Positions 9,452-22,098 are shown, counted from the stretch's first letter. The stretch: DNA of 64,000 nucleotides from an uncultured Eubacteriales bacterium (GCA_934434925.1 CAKSAC010000004.1:67388-131387); one strand, 5' to 3'. Notes: generated by a model not told the origin, from the sequence alone. Program-made: numbers and translations.

Positions 9452-10006
9452 TCATTTCGTTTCGGCTACAAAAAAATAAGGAGATGTGGGGGAATTGACG
9501 ATCCGGAAGCAACTCACGCAGATCCGACGGCGGTCAAGCGTCGCGAAATAGGAGGACAGCATCTCTCCTTCACGGGTTCCTTCCGCATGGCCGGGATAAA
9601 TTGCCACCAGGAGAATTCCGTCCGGAGAGAGCAGTTCCAGGGCGGCAGAAACAGCCGGCATGGTCGTTTCGCACAGGGTGGTCAACGTTTTGCGCCCACT
9701 GCGCGGCAGATATCCGAGATTGAACATCCCGGCTTTGACCGGCTCCCGCACATACTCTTTCACCCGGTGATGCGAATCGTGAATCAAGGTGTAATTTGCG
9801 GGAGCGCCGCCCTCTTCCAGATGAGCGCGCGTAGAGAGCAACGCTTCTTCCTGGATATCGAAAGCAAAGACCCGGCCGCCGGCTCCCACGGCTTTGGAAA
9901 GAAAGAGCGTATCGTTGCCGTTTCCCATGGTGAAATCGATCGCCGTATCTCCGGGGCGAAGATGCTCCATCATGAAATATTTCTGCATTTCCAAAAGATC
10001 AACCAT
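9452..10006 (-). CDS. class I SAM-dependent methyltransferase (YtqB/MnmM-like rRNA/tRNA methylase family)
   Basis: 184 aa. SAM-binding motif AIDFTMGNGNDT. Overall resemblance to the small Firmicutes YtqB-type methylases. Confidence 0.7.
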   Translation of the reverse strand: MVDLLEMQKYFMMEHLRPGDTAIDFTMGNGNDTLFLSKAVGAGGRVFAFDIQEEALLSTRAHLEEGGAPANYTLIHDSHHRVKEYVREPVKAGMFNLGYLPRSGRKTLTTLCETTMPAVSAALELLSPDGILLVAIYPGHAEGTREGEMLSSYFATLDRRRICVSCFRIVNSPTSPYFFVAETK

Positions 10007-11744
10007 CTTTTTTCTCTCCTGTTTTATTGCTCGGCATCACATAAGCGGTCGAATGACTCTTATAGGTGACGTATCCCGGACGGCTTCCCTGCGGCTTGCG
10101 GATGTTGCGGACGCGGGTATAATCCACCGCCGTCAAAGCGTCTCCGGACTGCGAATAATAGGCGGCTATCTGCGCCGCTTCGGTGTAATCTTCCGCCGGC
10201 GGTTCCCCGCCCTCCGCCAGCAATATCACGTGGGAGCCGCCGACCCCCTTGGCGTGAAACCAGATGTCATCCCGCGCCGCCGTGTGTAACGTCAGCATTT
10301 CGTTTTGCAGATTGTTCCGCCCGCAAAGCAGGCGATACCCGTTTGTTGTACGGAATTCAAGCGGACGCGCCCGGGTGACCGCCTTTTTCTTTCCCGCGTG
10401 ATCGCGCGCAAGATATCCGCCGTCTGAAAGTTCCTGCCGCAATTCGGCAAAATCCTGTTCGGTTTCCGCACGTTCAAGAAAGCCGCGCACCCCCCGCAGG
10501 TAATCAAGCTCCTCTTCTCCGGAAGCAATCAGTTCTGTCAGTTTTTTCTCGGCGTGCCGAGACTTTGTGTAAAGTTTATACATGCGTTGCGCGTTGGCGG
10601 CCGGAGAAAGACGGCTATCCAGCGGAAGCGTCACAAAGGAAGGCGGATCGGTCGTATAATCGGTAGCGGTAAAGTGTTCCGCCCCGCGGCGAATCTGCCA
10701 GATGTTTTCGGTAATGAGGTCGCCGGCCCGGCGGTATTCTTCCCCCTTGGCGCAATCGGCCAGTTCTTCCCGTTGGGTCTCCAGCTTCCGCACCAGTTGC
10801 GCTTCGCGCCGCGCCAGCATCCGGGAAAGATCTGCAGTACGCTGACGTACCCGTTCGATTTTATCGCGTTCTCCGAAATACAGGTCCAGCAATTCACCGA
10901 AATCGGCCGGATGTGAAACAGACAATCCGCTCCCGCAAAGGGTAGTATAACTGTAATCAACCGGTTCTCCGGCCGCGTCGAAAAGCAAGGTCGGACAATA
11001 GCGATCCGCCTCAACATCCGCAAACCACGCGTCAAACACAGCGTAAAATTTTCCCGGTTCTGCCGCCTCCAGCGGTGCGTCTTCCGGAAGGCCGAGGCGG
11101 CGTACCATTTCCCTGGCGTTCTGTGCGGAAATCCCGCTGTATGTATCTCCGATGAAACGGGCGGCGCTCCGGCCGGGCGGGCAAGCGGAAAGAGCGGCCT
11201 GAAATTCCTCTTCGGAACGCCGGAGCGGATCGAATTTATCCTGCGGTGGCGGAACCGTATATTTCATCCCCGGGAGGACCTGGCGCACTTTGCTGGCAGA
11301 AAAATCGACAATTTTCAAAGCCGAAATGATTTTATCCTCGCCGTCAAGAAGGATGAGGTTGCTGTACTTTCCCATCATTTCCGCCACTAACGTCCGGCCG
11401 ACTCCGTAGCCGAGTTCATCGCGGCAGGCGAAAGTGAACCGGGCGGCTCGTTCAAACCCGATCTGCTCGGCCGAAATAAGTTTGGAACCGAGCAGGTGCT
11501 TCCGGAGCAGCATACAAAACATCGAAGGAACCGGCAGGTTTTCTCGCTCGATACGGGAATAGGAAAAATGGGGAACGTTGCTTCCCGCAATAAAGCAAAG
11601 GCGGCGGCTGACTCCGGCGGCATGCAGAATCAAATCAAACTCATCCCGCGCCGGCTGGCAGACTTTTTCCACCTTCGCGCCGCCGAAAAGGGTGGCAGAT
11701 ACTTCTGCCGTTACGGCACGCAGCATTCCCGCGTCAAAAGCCAT
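9999..11744 (-). CDS. rqcH: ribosome quality control protein RqcH (NFACT / FbpA family)
   Basis: Start at MAFDAGMLRAV with AAAGGAGGA RBS. NFACT-N region, long coiled coil, and the C-terminal WFHAKGVGGSHVIL motif. Confidence 0.88.
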   Translation of the reverse strand: MAFDAGMLRAVTAEVSATLFGGAKVEKVCQPARDEFDLILHAAGVSRRLCFIAGSNVPHFSYSRIERENLPVPSMFCMLLRKHLLGSKLISAEQIGFERAARFTFACRDELGYGVGRTLVAEMMGKYSNLILLDGEDKIISALKIVDFSASKVRQVLPGMKYTVPPPQDKFDPLRRSEEEFQAALSACPPGRSAARFIGDTYSGISAQNAREMVRRLGLPEDAPLEAAEPGKFYAVFDAWFADVEADRYCPTLLFDAAGEPVDYSYTTLCGSGLSVSHPADFGELLDLYFGERDKIERVRQRTADLSRMLARREAQLVRKLETQREELADCAKGEEYRRAGDLITENIWQIRRGAEHFTATDYTTDPPSFVTLPLDSRLSPAANAQRMYKLYTKSRHAEKKLTELIASGEEELDYLRGVRGFLERAETEQDFAELRQELSDGGYLARDHAGKKKAVTRARPLEFRTTNGYRLLCGRNNLQNEMLTLHTAARDDIWFHAKGVGGSHVILLAEGGEPPAEDYTEAAQIAAYYSQSGDALTAVDYTRVRNIRKPQGSRPGYVTYKSHSTAYVMPSNKTGEKKDG

Positions 11745-11930
11745 GTTTTTTCCTCCTTTTGTCATGTATTCTTTACATTTTTCAAAATTTGTCATGCCGT
11801 GGCATCCAAACCGGCTTTCCGGCAGAGCAAATCCGCCCGGAATTTTGCGGGAGCGGCCGGCCTTTCAAAACAAATCGGGCAAACCCGCCCGGAATGTAAG
11901 GCGGAAGGCAGACGGTACCCTTCGCCTGAC

Positions 11931-12055
11931 GGCAGAAAAAGCGTACCTACCCGCAAAAAGCGCATGAACGCGCCGGAGAAAACGCGTCTTTTGTCGGCGA
12001 AACCGCGTCCTTCGCCGGCAAAAAGCGTCCTTCGTTGGCAGAAAAAAGGTCGCCC
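11931..12055. repeat. degenerate ~21-bp tandem array (about 6 units, GGC-A4-6-GCGT-CCTTCG-like)
   Basis: Units ggcagaaaaagcgtacc / gcaaaaagcgcatgaac / ggagaaaacgcgtcttt / ggcgaaaccgcgtccttc / ggcaaaaagcgtccttcg / ggcagaaaaaaggtcgcc read directly. The last unit merges into the suf terminator hairpin. Confidence 0.6.
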
Positions 12056-12072
12056 GATAGGGCGACCCTGAA

Positions 12073-12990
12073 TCACTTCAGAAAGCCGCTGACGATCTGT
12101 TCCTCCGCCTCCGCTTCGGACAGGCCGAGCGTCATGAGTTTGATAAGCTGTTCCCCGGCGATCTTGCCGATGGCCGCCTCGTGGATCAGCGAAGCGTCAA
12201 TACTATTGGCCGTCAGTTCCGGAATTGCGGTCACATGTCCTTCGTCCATCAGGATGGCGTCGCATTCCGTATGGCCGTGGCATGCGGCATTTCCGTTCAT
12301 GCGGGAGCGAAAAACCTGGCCGGAACGTTCCTTGGCCACCGACCGGGAAACCACATTGGCAGAGCATCCTTCTCCGTTCATATCCACCGAAAAATCCGTT
12401 TCAGCCTGTTGAACGCCGTGGGTCATAATCTTTTCCCGGATGTTGATGGAAGCCCCGGCGGCAAGATCGGCGCGGGTCGTTCTCCGGGTGGAATCAATCC
12501 CTTTGATCTGAGTCGTTTCCATTTCCATGGAGCCGCCTTCTTCCACGTGGACGACCGTCGTGGGATTCATGACGCGTTCCGCGCTCCCGTCCCCATCACC
12601 ATAATGCTTTTCCACGTACCGGACGCGGGCGTTTTTCCCGACATAAAAGGTGTGTACGCCGTCGTGCTGTGAAAGGCCGTTGCCGCAATTATGAATGCCG
12701 CACCCGGCAATAATGGTCACATCGGCCCCTTCCCCGATATAAAAATCGTTGATGACCGATTCCGTCACGCCGACCTTACTGATGACGACCGGGATATGCA
12801 CACTTTCGTTTTTTGTACCGGGCCGTACACGCACCGTGATCCCATCCCCGCTTTCACGCGGGATAATCTCGATGTTGGCGGTGGAAGAACGTCCGACAGA
12901 CCGGCTGTTTTCCCGGATGTTGTATGCCCCCGTCGGGATGCCGTGCAAATCGGCAATCTCGGCCAGAAGCCCTTCCGTAATTTTATCCAT
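12073..12990 (-). CDS. SufB/SufD family Fe-S cluster assembly protein
   Basis: About 305 aa beta-helix-type SufB/D-like sequence directly after a SufC-like ATPase. ATG 12990 has an AGGTGG RBS, whereas the track start at 12999 is a GTG. Confidence 0.75.
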   Translation of the reverse strand: MDKITEGLLAEIADLHGIPTGAYNIRENSRSVGRSSTANIEIIPRESGDGITVRVRPGTKNESVHIPVVISKVGVTESVINDFYIGEGADVTIIAGCGIHNCGNGLSQHDGVHTFYVGKNARVRYVEKHYGDGDGSAERVMNPTTVVHVEEGGSMEMETTQIKGIDSTRRTTRADLAAGASINIREKIMTHGVQQAETDFSVDMNGEGCSANVVSRSVAKERSGQVFRSRMNGNAACHGHTECDAILMDEGHVTAIPELTANSIDASLIHEAAIGKIAGEQLIKLMTLGLSEAEAEEQIVSGFLK

Positions 12991-13720
12991 GATAACCACC
13001 TGCTCTCTTCATCGGACGGCACGAGGAAGTTACCGTTCCCGTCAGGGTCGGCATTACCTTCTCGGGGGTACCGTCATTCACGACCTCACCACCGGCCAGA
13101 ACGACAATGCGGTCAGCAATATTCAGAATGCGTTCCTGGTGCGAAATAATCAGAACAGAACCCTTTTTTTCGCGATGAATCTTTTCAAAAACACGGATAA
13201 GGTTCTGAAAACTCCAAAGGTCAATCCCGGCTTCCGGCTCATCAAAGACCGAAAAAGATGTGCCGCGTGCCAGAATCGTGGCAATCTCGATGCGTTTCAG
13301 TTCCCCACCCGAAAGACTGGCGTTCACTTCACGGTTGATATAATCCCGTGCGCAAAGGCCGACTTCGGAAAGATAATCACATGCCTCGGCAATCCCGATT
13401 TTCTTTCCCGATGCCAAAGTGATCAGATCACGGACCGTGATCCCTTTGAAACGCACCGGCGTCTGAAATGCAAAACTGATCCCGCGCCGGGCGCGCTCAG
13501 TGACCGAAAGTGCCGTAATATCTTCCCCGTCCAGCAGAATCCTGCCGCCGGTCGGAACAAGAATGCCGGCAATCAGTTTAACCAGCGTGGATTTTCCTCC
13601 GCCGTTCGGCCCGGTGATGGCAGTCAACCGATCATCAAACCGCAGAGAAACATCCCGCAATATCTCTTTTTTTTCCTCCCCTTCTCCTGCTGAAAAGGAG
13701 AGATTTTCAAGTTCTACCAT
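12983..13720 (-). CDS. sufC: SufC-like ABC ATPase (Fe-S cluster assembly)
   Basis: Walker A GPNGGGKST, signature LSGGELKR, Walker B SVFDEPEAGID, H-loop IISHQ. Overlaps the downstream SufB/D gene by 8 nt. Confidence 0.8.
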   Translation of the reverse strand: MVELENLSFSAGEGEEKKEILRDVSLRFDDRLTAITGPNGGGKSTLVKLIAGILVPTGGRILLDGEDITALSVTERARRGISFAFQTPVRFKGITVRDLITLASGKKIGIAEACDYLSEVGLCARDYINREVNASLSGGELKRIEIATILARGTSFSVFDEPEAGIDLWSFQNLIRVFEKIHREKKGSVLIISHQERILNIADRIVVLAGGEVVNDGTPEKVMPTLTGTVTSSCRPMKRAGGYHG

Positions 13721-13764
13721 ATACCCTTCCCCGGGGCATTATGCCCCTTATATTCTTCGCTATC

Positions 13765-13793
13765 ATTGTAACACGGACGAGGAAAAAATGCAA
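13765..13793 (-). promoter_or_regulatory. sigma-70 promoter TTGCAT-17-TACAAT for the sufC-sufBD pair
   Basis: Reverse strand: -35 at 13788-13793, 17-nt spacer, -10 at 13765-13770. Confidence 0.65.
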
Positions 13794-13821
13794 GGGGAAA
13801 ACGCTTTTTTCGCGGTTTTTG

Positions 13822-15291
13822 TCAGGAGGAGAACCGGTCCTTTCCCGTGGGCGCAGCGGAATCGGAGCCGGGATTGTTCCGGGCTGCGTGATCCTCATAC
13901 GGATCGTTTCGTGAGCGGACGATATATTTCTGACAGTAGCAACTTCCGCATCGGGCACAGATAAAATGCCCGCATCGGGCGCAGACCGTCTTATGCCGCG
14001 CATTGTAGGGGCGGCCGCATTTCCAGCAGACGGACATATCCCGGTCCGATTCCGCAAGGCGCGCTTCGGTCTTTTCCACAGCAAAAACCGGCAAATCCGC
14101 AAAGAAGAACGCCGACCGCAGAGCGCGGTACTCCGCAAGAAGCCGACGGCACTCGTCAATTCCTTTCCGGTCAAGGCGAAGAAAGTTTTCAAATGCCGTG
14201 AGCGTTTCCAGTCTCCGGATCAGTTCCAGATATCGTTGCGTTGTCTGCCGGGTGGGGAGAAAGCGCGTTTCCCCGGCGGCAGTTTCTTGGGGCGCATCGG
14301 CGGTTTTCTTCTCTTTTTTGGCCCTTTTCCGCGCACAGGACCCTTCTTTTTTCGCTTTTTCTGATTTTTTCGGTCTTTGCGCACCGGGAAAAACGGAATC
14401 CGCGTCTGCGGCAATCGCCGAAAAACCGTCCGGATGGTGCCGGGTAATATACCGGATCAAAGCATCGGCAGCTCCCTCTTCGGGCATCCGGTGCTCCGCA
14501 CCGCTTTTTGCGGCGTTTTCGGTCTCCGGCGGGCGTACGGCCGTTTCTTCATCGGTCTGGCGAAGCTCGGCAAGGTTGCCGGAAAGACACAGCAACGCGA
14601 TAAGGCGCGCGCCATTCATCTGAATCTCTTCGCGCTCCCGGGGCAGATACAGGCCCGACTCACGGCGATACCAGGCGCTGATCTTTTTTTTCGTCTGCCT
14701 GACAAATGCAAAGTCTTCTTTACAAGAATCGGACGACATGCGGGAAAGTATCGTGCGGACCCGACAAATCACCGAAAATTCCGCCGCCTCGGCCGGGCCG
14801 CTTTCAAGCAGGCGGTATTCCTCTGTCTCCGGAACGTATCCGGCCGTCAGGGAGACGGCAAAACGGGAAAAGACCTCGTCGGCAGCCGCAGCCGGCACTT
14901 CCGCCAAAAAACGGTCGCATTCCCGGCGCGCGAGAAAACGTGCATAGTCCAGCAGAAAAGAGGCGACGGTTGTTCCCTTTCCCGCAGCAGGGAGAAGGCG
15001 CGGAAGAAAAAAAGCCGAAAACGCCGTCCCTCCCGCAAGCAACAGCGCAAGGCCGAGCGCGACAAAAAGGACGGCGTAATCGCCGGGAAAGCCACCGGTG
15101 CATACAACGACCGCCAGGACAGCGGCCGGCAACGCTAAAGGCAACGGGAACAATACGCGCGCCGCCCGTCGGGCGGCGGTATAGCGGCGGCATCTTGCCA
15201 AGAACAACCGGTAGCGGGCCGGCCGGTTTTCCGGCCGGGCATCACGCCGCATTTTTTCCATCTTTCGGACTTCTGCCATCATTTTGGTCAA
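13822..15291 (-). CDS. hypothetical membrane protein with C-terminal double zinc-ribbon
   Basis: 489 aa. Two hydrophobic helices near the N-terminus, a Lys-rich low-complexity linker, and C-terminal CWKCG-x11-CARCGHFICARCGSCYC. The start ATG overlaps the stop of the upstream gene (ATGA). Confidence 0.6.
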   Translation of the reverse strand: MTKMMAEVRKMEKMRRDARPENRPARYRLFLARCRRYTAARRAARVLFPLPLALPAAVLAVVVCTGGFPGDYAVLFVALGLALLLAGGTAFSAFFLPRLLPAAGKGTTVASFLLDYARFLARRECDRFLAEVPAAAADEVFSRFAVSLTAGYVPETEEYRLLESGPAEAAEFSVICRVRTILSRMSSDSCKEDFAFVRQTKKKISAWYRRESGLYLPREREEIQMNGARLIALLCLSGNLAELRQTDEETAVRPPETENAAKSGAEHRMPEEGAADALIRYITRHHPDGFSAIAADADSVFPGAQRPKKSEKAKKEGSCARKRAKKEKKTADAPQETAAGETRFLPTRQTTQRYLELIRRLETLTAFENFLRLDRKGIDECRRLLAEYRALRSAFFFADLPVFAVEKTEARLAESDRDMSVCWKCGRPYNARHKTVCARCGHFICARCGSCYCQKYIVRSRNDPYEDHAARNNPGSDSAAPTGKDRFSS

Positions 15292-16376
15292 AAACCGAGC
15301 GTTTCGATCTTTTTCCGCATGGCGGCGGTCGCGTCCGCGTCCAGCAGACCGGTCTCCATATGATAGGTCACGCTCTCGCCGGTGGCAAGATAGCGTTCAT
15401 ATCCATGCGCCTTGCAATAGAGATAGCCTTTATGTTCGCCCGTGGCAGGCAGAACCATTCCGAGGGCATCTTCATCAGGGGTCCTGGCAATCCAACGAAC
15501 GCCGAACGGCAGCTCCTCCGGATAATGACACACATAGACCGAATTCCCGTCCGGAAAGACCTGCATGGTATACGCACGGCCGTTTTCATCCCCGACATAA
15601 TGGCAGTTGAAAACGATCTCGGGCATATACGCCTGTCCGGGAGCGCCGATTTCATCCATCAGACCGGGGTCCTTGTCAAGCCGGTCGAGATAAGCATTGG
15701 TTTTGGCCGCCCGCTGCGAATCATAGTTCGCGGGAACCTCATGGTTGACGACGATTGTATCGCGCGGAGCTGTGTAAAAAAGACGGGAACCGTCCACCGG
15801 ACGGTGGTTGATATGGCAGAGATAGAAATATTCCAACGGAAGGTCCTTGTGATTTTCAAAGCGAACGGTCACATCGAGAAGCGTCTTTCCTTCGTAAAGT
15901 TTTACCGTCGGGCAAAAAACATAATCGGCCTCAAAGCAACGCTTGTGCGAATAAATCCCGCTGATACCGATATAACTGCCCTTTTCGTCTTCGCCGCAAA
16001 GGATACAGACATCGTGATAGCGCGCGATCGGCAGTTCTCCGTGCGGCAAATGCGTATCCTCCGCCGTCGGGTTTCCCATCGCGGTCAGACCGCAGTGCAT
16101 CAGGAACCCGCCGTACGTCTCTCCGTACGTTTCCCTGGCGGGCATCGGCTCGTCATAAATCGACTTCATGGTCAGTTCGCGGCCGAGGAATTCGGCGCGC
16201 CATACCATCTGCCCCATATACGGAAGCACAACGATATGGCCTTTGTCATTGGAAAGACGAACGGCCGAAACGCCGGTCGAATAGACAAAAAGGGAGGCTG
16301 AGAGCGCGCCGGCGGTGAGAATCGCGGTTTCTTTTTCGGTAAAATATTCTTCTTTGAGACAGATTTTGGTTTCCAT
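15288..16376 (-). CDS. aldose 1-epimerase-like protein (DUF4432 family)
   Basis: Start at METKICL with a GGAGGA RBS inside the longer track ORF. Body resembles DUF4432/galactose-mutarotase-like proteins. Lies downstream of lacZ. Confidence 0.6.
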   Translation of the reverse strand: METKICLKEEYFTEKETAILTAGALSASLFVYSTGVSAVRLSNDKGHIVVLPYMGQMVWRAEFLGRELTMKSIYDEPMPARETYGETYGGFLMHCGLTAMGNPTAEDTHLPHGELPIARYHDVCILCGEDEKGSYIGISGIYSHKRCFEADYVFCPTVKLYEGKTLLDVTVRFENHKDLPLEYFYLCHINHRPVDGSRLFYTAPRDTIVVNHEVPANYDSQRAAKTNAYLDRLDKDPGLMDEIGAPGQAYMPEIVFNCHYVGDENGRAYTMQVFPDGNSVYVCHYPEELPFGVRWIARTPDEDALGMVLPATGEHKGYLYCKAHGYERYLATGESVTYHMETGLLDADATAAMRKKIETLGF

Positions 16377-16433
16377 ATATTCCTCCAAGAGCATTCAGTA
16401 TCGATTACAGTGTATCACCGGGAGCCAGGAAAG

Positions 16434-19490
<3,057 letters not shown>

Positions 19491-19494
19491 TCAT

Positions 19495-19523
19495 ATTATA
19501 CGCCCCTGTCCTTTGGGTGTCAA
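19495..19523 (-). promoter_or_regulatory. consensus sigma-70 promoter TTGACA-17-TATAAT for lacZ operon
   Basis: Reverse strand: -35 at 19518-19523, 17-nt spacer, -10 at 19495-19500. Confidence 0.75.
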
Positions 19524-19583
19524 GCAATATTTCCCGGGCCGTGAAAAAACCCTTTCAGGTGTCAAGCAATATTTCCCGGGCCG
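19517..19583. repeat. 25-bp direct repeat x2 (period 42) carrying the lacZ -35 box
   Basis: gtgtcaagcaatatttcccgggccg occurs at 19517-19541 and again, identical, at 19559-19583. Confidence 0.9.
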
Positions 19584-19629
19584 CGATAAAAGGCCGCCTT
19601 CCCGCCCGCCGGCCGAGCGGAAGGCCCTT

Positions 19630-19665
19630 AAAAGAAAACGAACCCCGTCTTGTTTTCAGGGTTCG
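19630..19665 (-). terminator. rho-independent terminator after tRNA-Val
   Basis: Reverse strand CGAACCC-tgaaaacaagac-GGGGTTCG followed by TTTTCTTTT. A second GC-rich hairpin follows at about 19592-19628. Confidence 0.7.
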
Positions 19666-19678
19666 TATTATTGGCGTA

Positions 19679-19755
19679 TGGTGGACACAGGGGGGCTCGA
19701 ACCCTCGACCTTACGGATGTGAACCGTACGCTCTAACCAACTGAGCTATGCGTCC
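19679..19755 (-). tRNA. tRNA-Val (anticodon CAC)
   Basis: Manual cloverleaf: acceptor GGACGCA/TGTGTCC (one G-U), D arm GCTC..GAGC, anticodon stem TACGG/CCGTA with loop TTCACAT, T loop TTCGAGC (one A-C mismatch in the T stem), encoded CCA. Confidence 0.85.
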
Positions 19756-19765
19756 GTACCCTTCA

Positions 19766-19794
19766 AGTATAGCATAGGTTTTTTCTTTTGTAAA
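19766..19794 (-). promoter_or_regulatory. sigma-70 promoter TTTACA-17-TATACT for tRNA-Val
   Basis: Reverse strand: -35 at 19789-19794, -10 at 19766-19771. The tRNA 5' end lies about 11 nt downstream. Confidence 0.65.
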
Positions 19795-19907
19795 GGGGAT
19801 TTTCAAAAAAAGTTTCTTTCTTTCTTTTTTCGTCGGAAAGACATTGCAGATATTGACGTGCGCTCCTGAAAGTATCGTCAGAAATTTACCTGTTCTTTCA
19901 TTTTCTA

Positions 19908-19936
19908 TTGCAAAAGCGACCCGGCTTTGGTATAAT
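19908..19936 (+). promoter_or_regulatory. sigma-70 promoter TTGCAA-17-TATAAT (TG-extended)
   Basis: -35 at 19908-19913, TGg at 19928-19930, -10 at 19931-19936. Upstream of the LarA-like operon. Confidence 0.7.
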
Positions 19937-19982
19937 TATTCTGTAAAAGCATGGGACGCTCCCGTCCCGGAAAGCAGGTTTT

Positions 19983-21227
19983 ATGTTCAAGACAAGCGAC
20001 CGCGCGATACAGGACGCGGAACTGAAACAAATCCTCGCCGATTCTCTGAAGGGGCGAAAACTCAAAAAAGTCCTGCTCCTCCCGCCCGACTACACCCGCA
20101 TGTATTCGGGGGCCGGTAAAATCACTGCCTATTATTATGAAATGTTGAAGGATACTTGCGAAGTCGATGTGATGCCCGCCCTCGGCACGCACCTCCCCAT
20201 GACTGAAGAAGAATGCGACGCGTTCTTTCTCGGTATGATCCCGTTTGAACGGATTCTCGTCCATAACTGGCGTACCGACGTTGTGAAGATCGGCGAAGTG
20301 CCTGCGGCGTTCGTGCGCGAAGTCTCCGAGGGGCTGGTGGATCAGTCGATCGACGTGGAGGTAAATCGGCGCATCATGGACCCGTCCTACGATCTGATTA
20401 TTTCTGCGGGGCAGGTCGTGCCGCATGAAGTTGTCGGCATGGCTAACTATTCCAAAAATATTTTTGTCGGTTGCGGCGGGAGCAGTATGATCAACAGTTC
20501 CCATATGCTCGGCGCCTTCTACGGGCTTGAACGCATTATGGGACGCGATTTTTCGCCTGTGCGCCGGGTCTTTGACTACGCGCAAGAGCATTTCCTGTCC
20601 GATATTCCTCTTCTCTATGTGCTGACCGTCACGACCAATACCGGGGAGACCACCAATCTGCACGGTATCTATATCGGCAACCGCCGCGAACTCTTTGAAA
20701 TGGCGGTGGCACAAAGTCAGCAGAAGAACCTCAACCATATGAAAAAACCGCTCAAAAAAGTGGTGGTGTATCTTGACCCGCGCGAATTCAAGAGCACCTG
20801 GCTCGGCAACAAGGCCGTTTACCGTACCCGGATGGCAATCGCCGACGACGGTGAGCTGATCATCCTGGCTCCCGGGGTCAAAATGTTCGGTGAAGACCCG
20901 GAGAATGATCGCTTGATTCGCAAATACGGCTATGTCGGGCGGGAGCGCGTGCTGGAGCTGGTGAAAGAAAACGCCGATTTGCAGGAAAACATGTCTGTTG
21001 CGGCGCACCTGATTCACGGCTCTTCCGACGGCCGGTTCCGTATCGTCTACTGCACAAAACAACTCAGCGAGCAAGAAGTGCGTGGCGCGGCTTTTGATTA
21101 TCTGCCTTATGATGAAGTCGTAAAGAAATATGACCCCGCCGTGTTGACGGACGGGTTCCATGTGATCGACGGCGAAGAGATTTTCTATATCAGCAATCCG
21201 GCGCTCGGACTCTGGACGAGGGACTGA
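19983..21227 (+). CDS. LarA-like (lactate racemase / DUF2088 family) putative nickel-pincer-dependent 2-hydroxyacid racemase/epimerase
   Basis: 414 aa. By-eye alignment to L. plantarum LarA: LLLPPDYTR ~ ISSDHTRP, ALGTHLP ~ ATGFHRP, GQVVPHEVVGMANYSKN ~ GFIESHFFAGFSGGRKS, NSSHM ~ ANHS. The catalytic His residues and the tethering Lys appear conserved. Confidence 0.65.
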   Translation: MFKTSDRAIQDAELKQILADSLKGRKLKKVLLLPPDYTRMYSGAGKITAYYYEMLKDTCEVDVMPALGTHLPMTEEECDAFFLGMIPFERILVHNWRTDVVKIGEVPAAFVREVSEGLVDQSIDVEVNRRIMDPSYDLIISAGQVVPHEVVGMANYSKNIFVGCGGSSMINSSHMLGAFYGLERIMGRDFSPVRRVFDYAQEHFLSDIPLLYVLTVTTNTGETTNLHGIYIGNRRELFEMAVAQSQQKNLNHMKKPLKKVVVYLDPREFKSTWLGNKAVYRTRMAIADDGELIILAPGVKMFGEDPENDRLIRKYGYVGRERVLELVKENADLQENMSVAAHLIHGSSDGRFRIVYCTKQLSEQEVRGAAFDYLPYDEVVKKYDPAVLTDGFHVIDGEEIFYISNPALGLWTRD

Positions 21228-21228
21228 A

Positions 21229-22098
21229 ATGAGCGAAGGTATCATTGATCTGCACACGCATTCCCGCTATTCGGACGGTTCCATGACGCCGACCGAACTC
21301 GTCAACCACGCGAAAGCGTCCGGAATTGCGGCCATTGCCCTTTCCGACCATGACAGCGTCGGCGGTGTGCGCGAAGCCATGGCTGCCGGAGAGCGCGTCG
21401 GCGTTGAGGTCATTCCGGCGATTGAACTCTCGGTTATTTCCGCAACCGAAACGCACATCCTCGGTTATTTCATCGATCCGGATTCTCCGGCCATTGCGCT
21501 GGCAATGGAAAAAATCCTTGCCACCCGCCGGCATCGTTCGGAAGAAACCTGTCGTCTTCTGAACGAACTCGGCTTTCCCGTCACGATGGAGGAGGCCGAA
21601 GAGCTGGCCGGGGGCGAAATGCTCTGCCGGGCGCACTTTGCGCGCCTGCTCCAAAACAAGGGGCTTGTTTCCTCGGTCAAGGAGGCTTTTGACAAATATC
21701 TCGCCAACGGCCGCCCGGCAAACTGCAATATCCAGGCCATCACCGACCAGGAAGCCATCCGGCTGATTCATGCGGCCGGCGGCATTGCATTTGTCGCGCA
21801 TCTGCATCTTATCCGCCTGTCAGATGAGGAGCTGTTCACCTATCTTTCGGGCCTGAAAGAAGCGGGCCTCGACGGTATCGAAGGATACTACACCGAATAC
21901 ACGCCAAAAATGCAGGAAAATTTTCAAGGTATGGCCCGGACGCTCGGCTTGCAGATTTCCGGCGGAACCGATTTTCACGCGGCGATGAAACCGCACATTG
22001 CGATCGGGCGCGGCCTCGGGAATCTTTCTATTCCCTATTCTGTTCTGGAAAAGATGAAAAAATATTATAATACAAAAAAGGAAGGTACACGCAAATGA
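21229..22098 (+). CDS. PHP domain phosphoesterase (TrpH/YciV-like)
   Basis: N-terminal IDLHTHSRYSDGS, then ALSDHDSVGG and a C-terminal GGTDFH metal-ligand motif. Confidence 0.8.
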   Translation: MSEGIIDLHTHSRYSDGSMTPTELVNHAKASGIAAIALSDHDSVGGVREAMAAGERVGVEVIPAIELSVISATETHILGYFIDPDSPAIALAMEKILATRRHRSEETCRLLNELGFPVTMEEAEELAGGEMLCRAHFARLLQNKGLVSSVKEAFDKYLANGRPANCNIQAITDQEAIRLIHAAGGIAFVAHLHLIRLSDEELFTYLSGLKEAGLDGIEGYYTEYTPKMQENFQGMARTLGLQISGGTDFHAAMKPHIAIGRGLGNLSIPYSVLEKMKKYYNTKKEGTRK

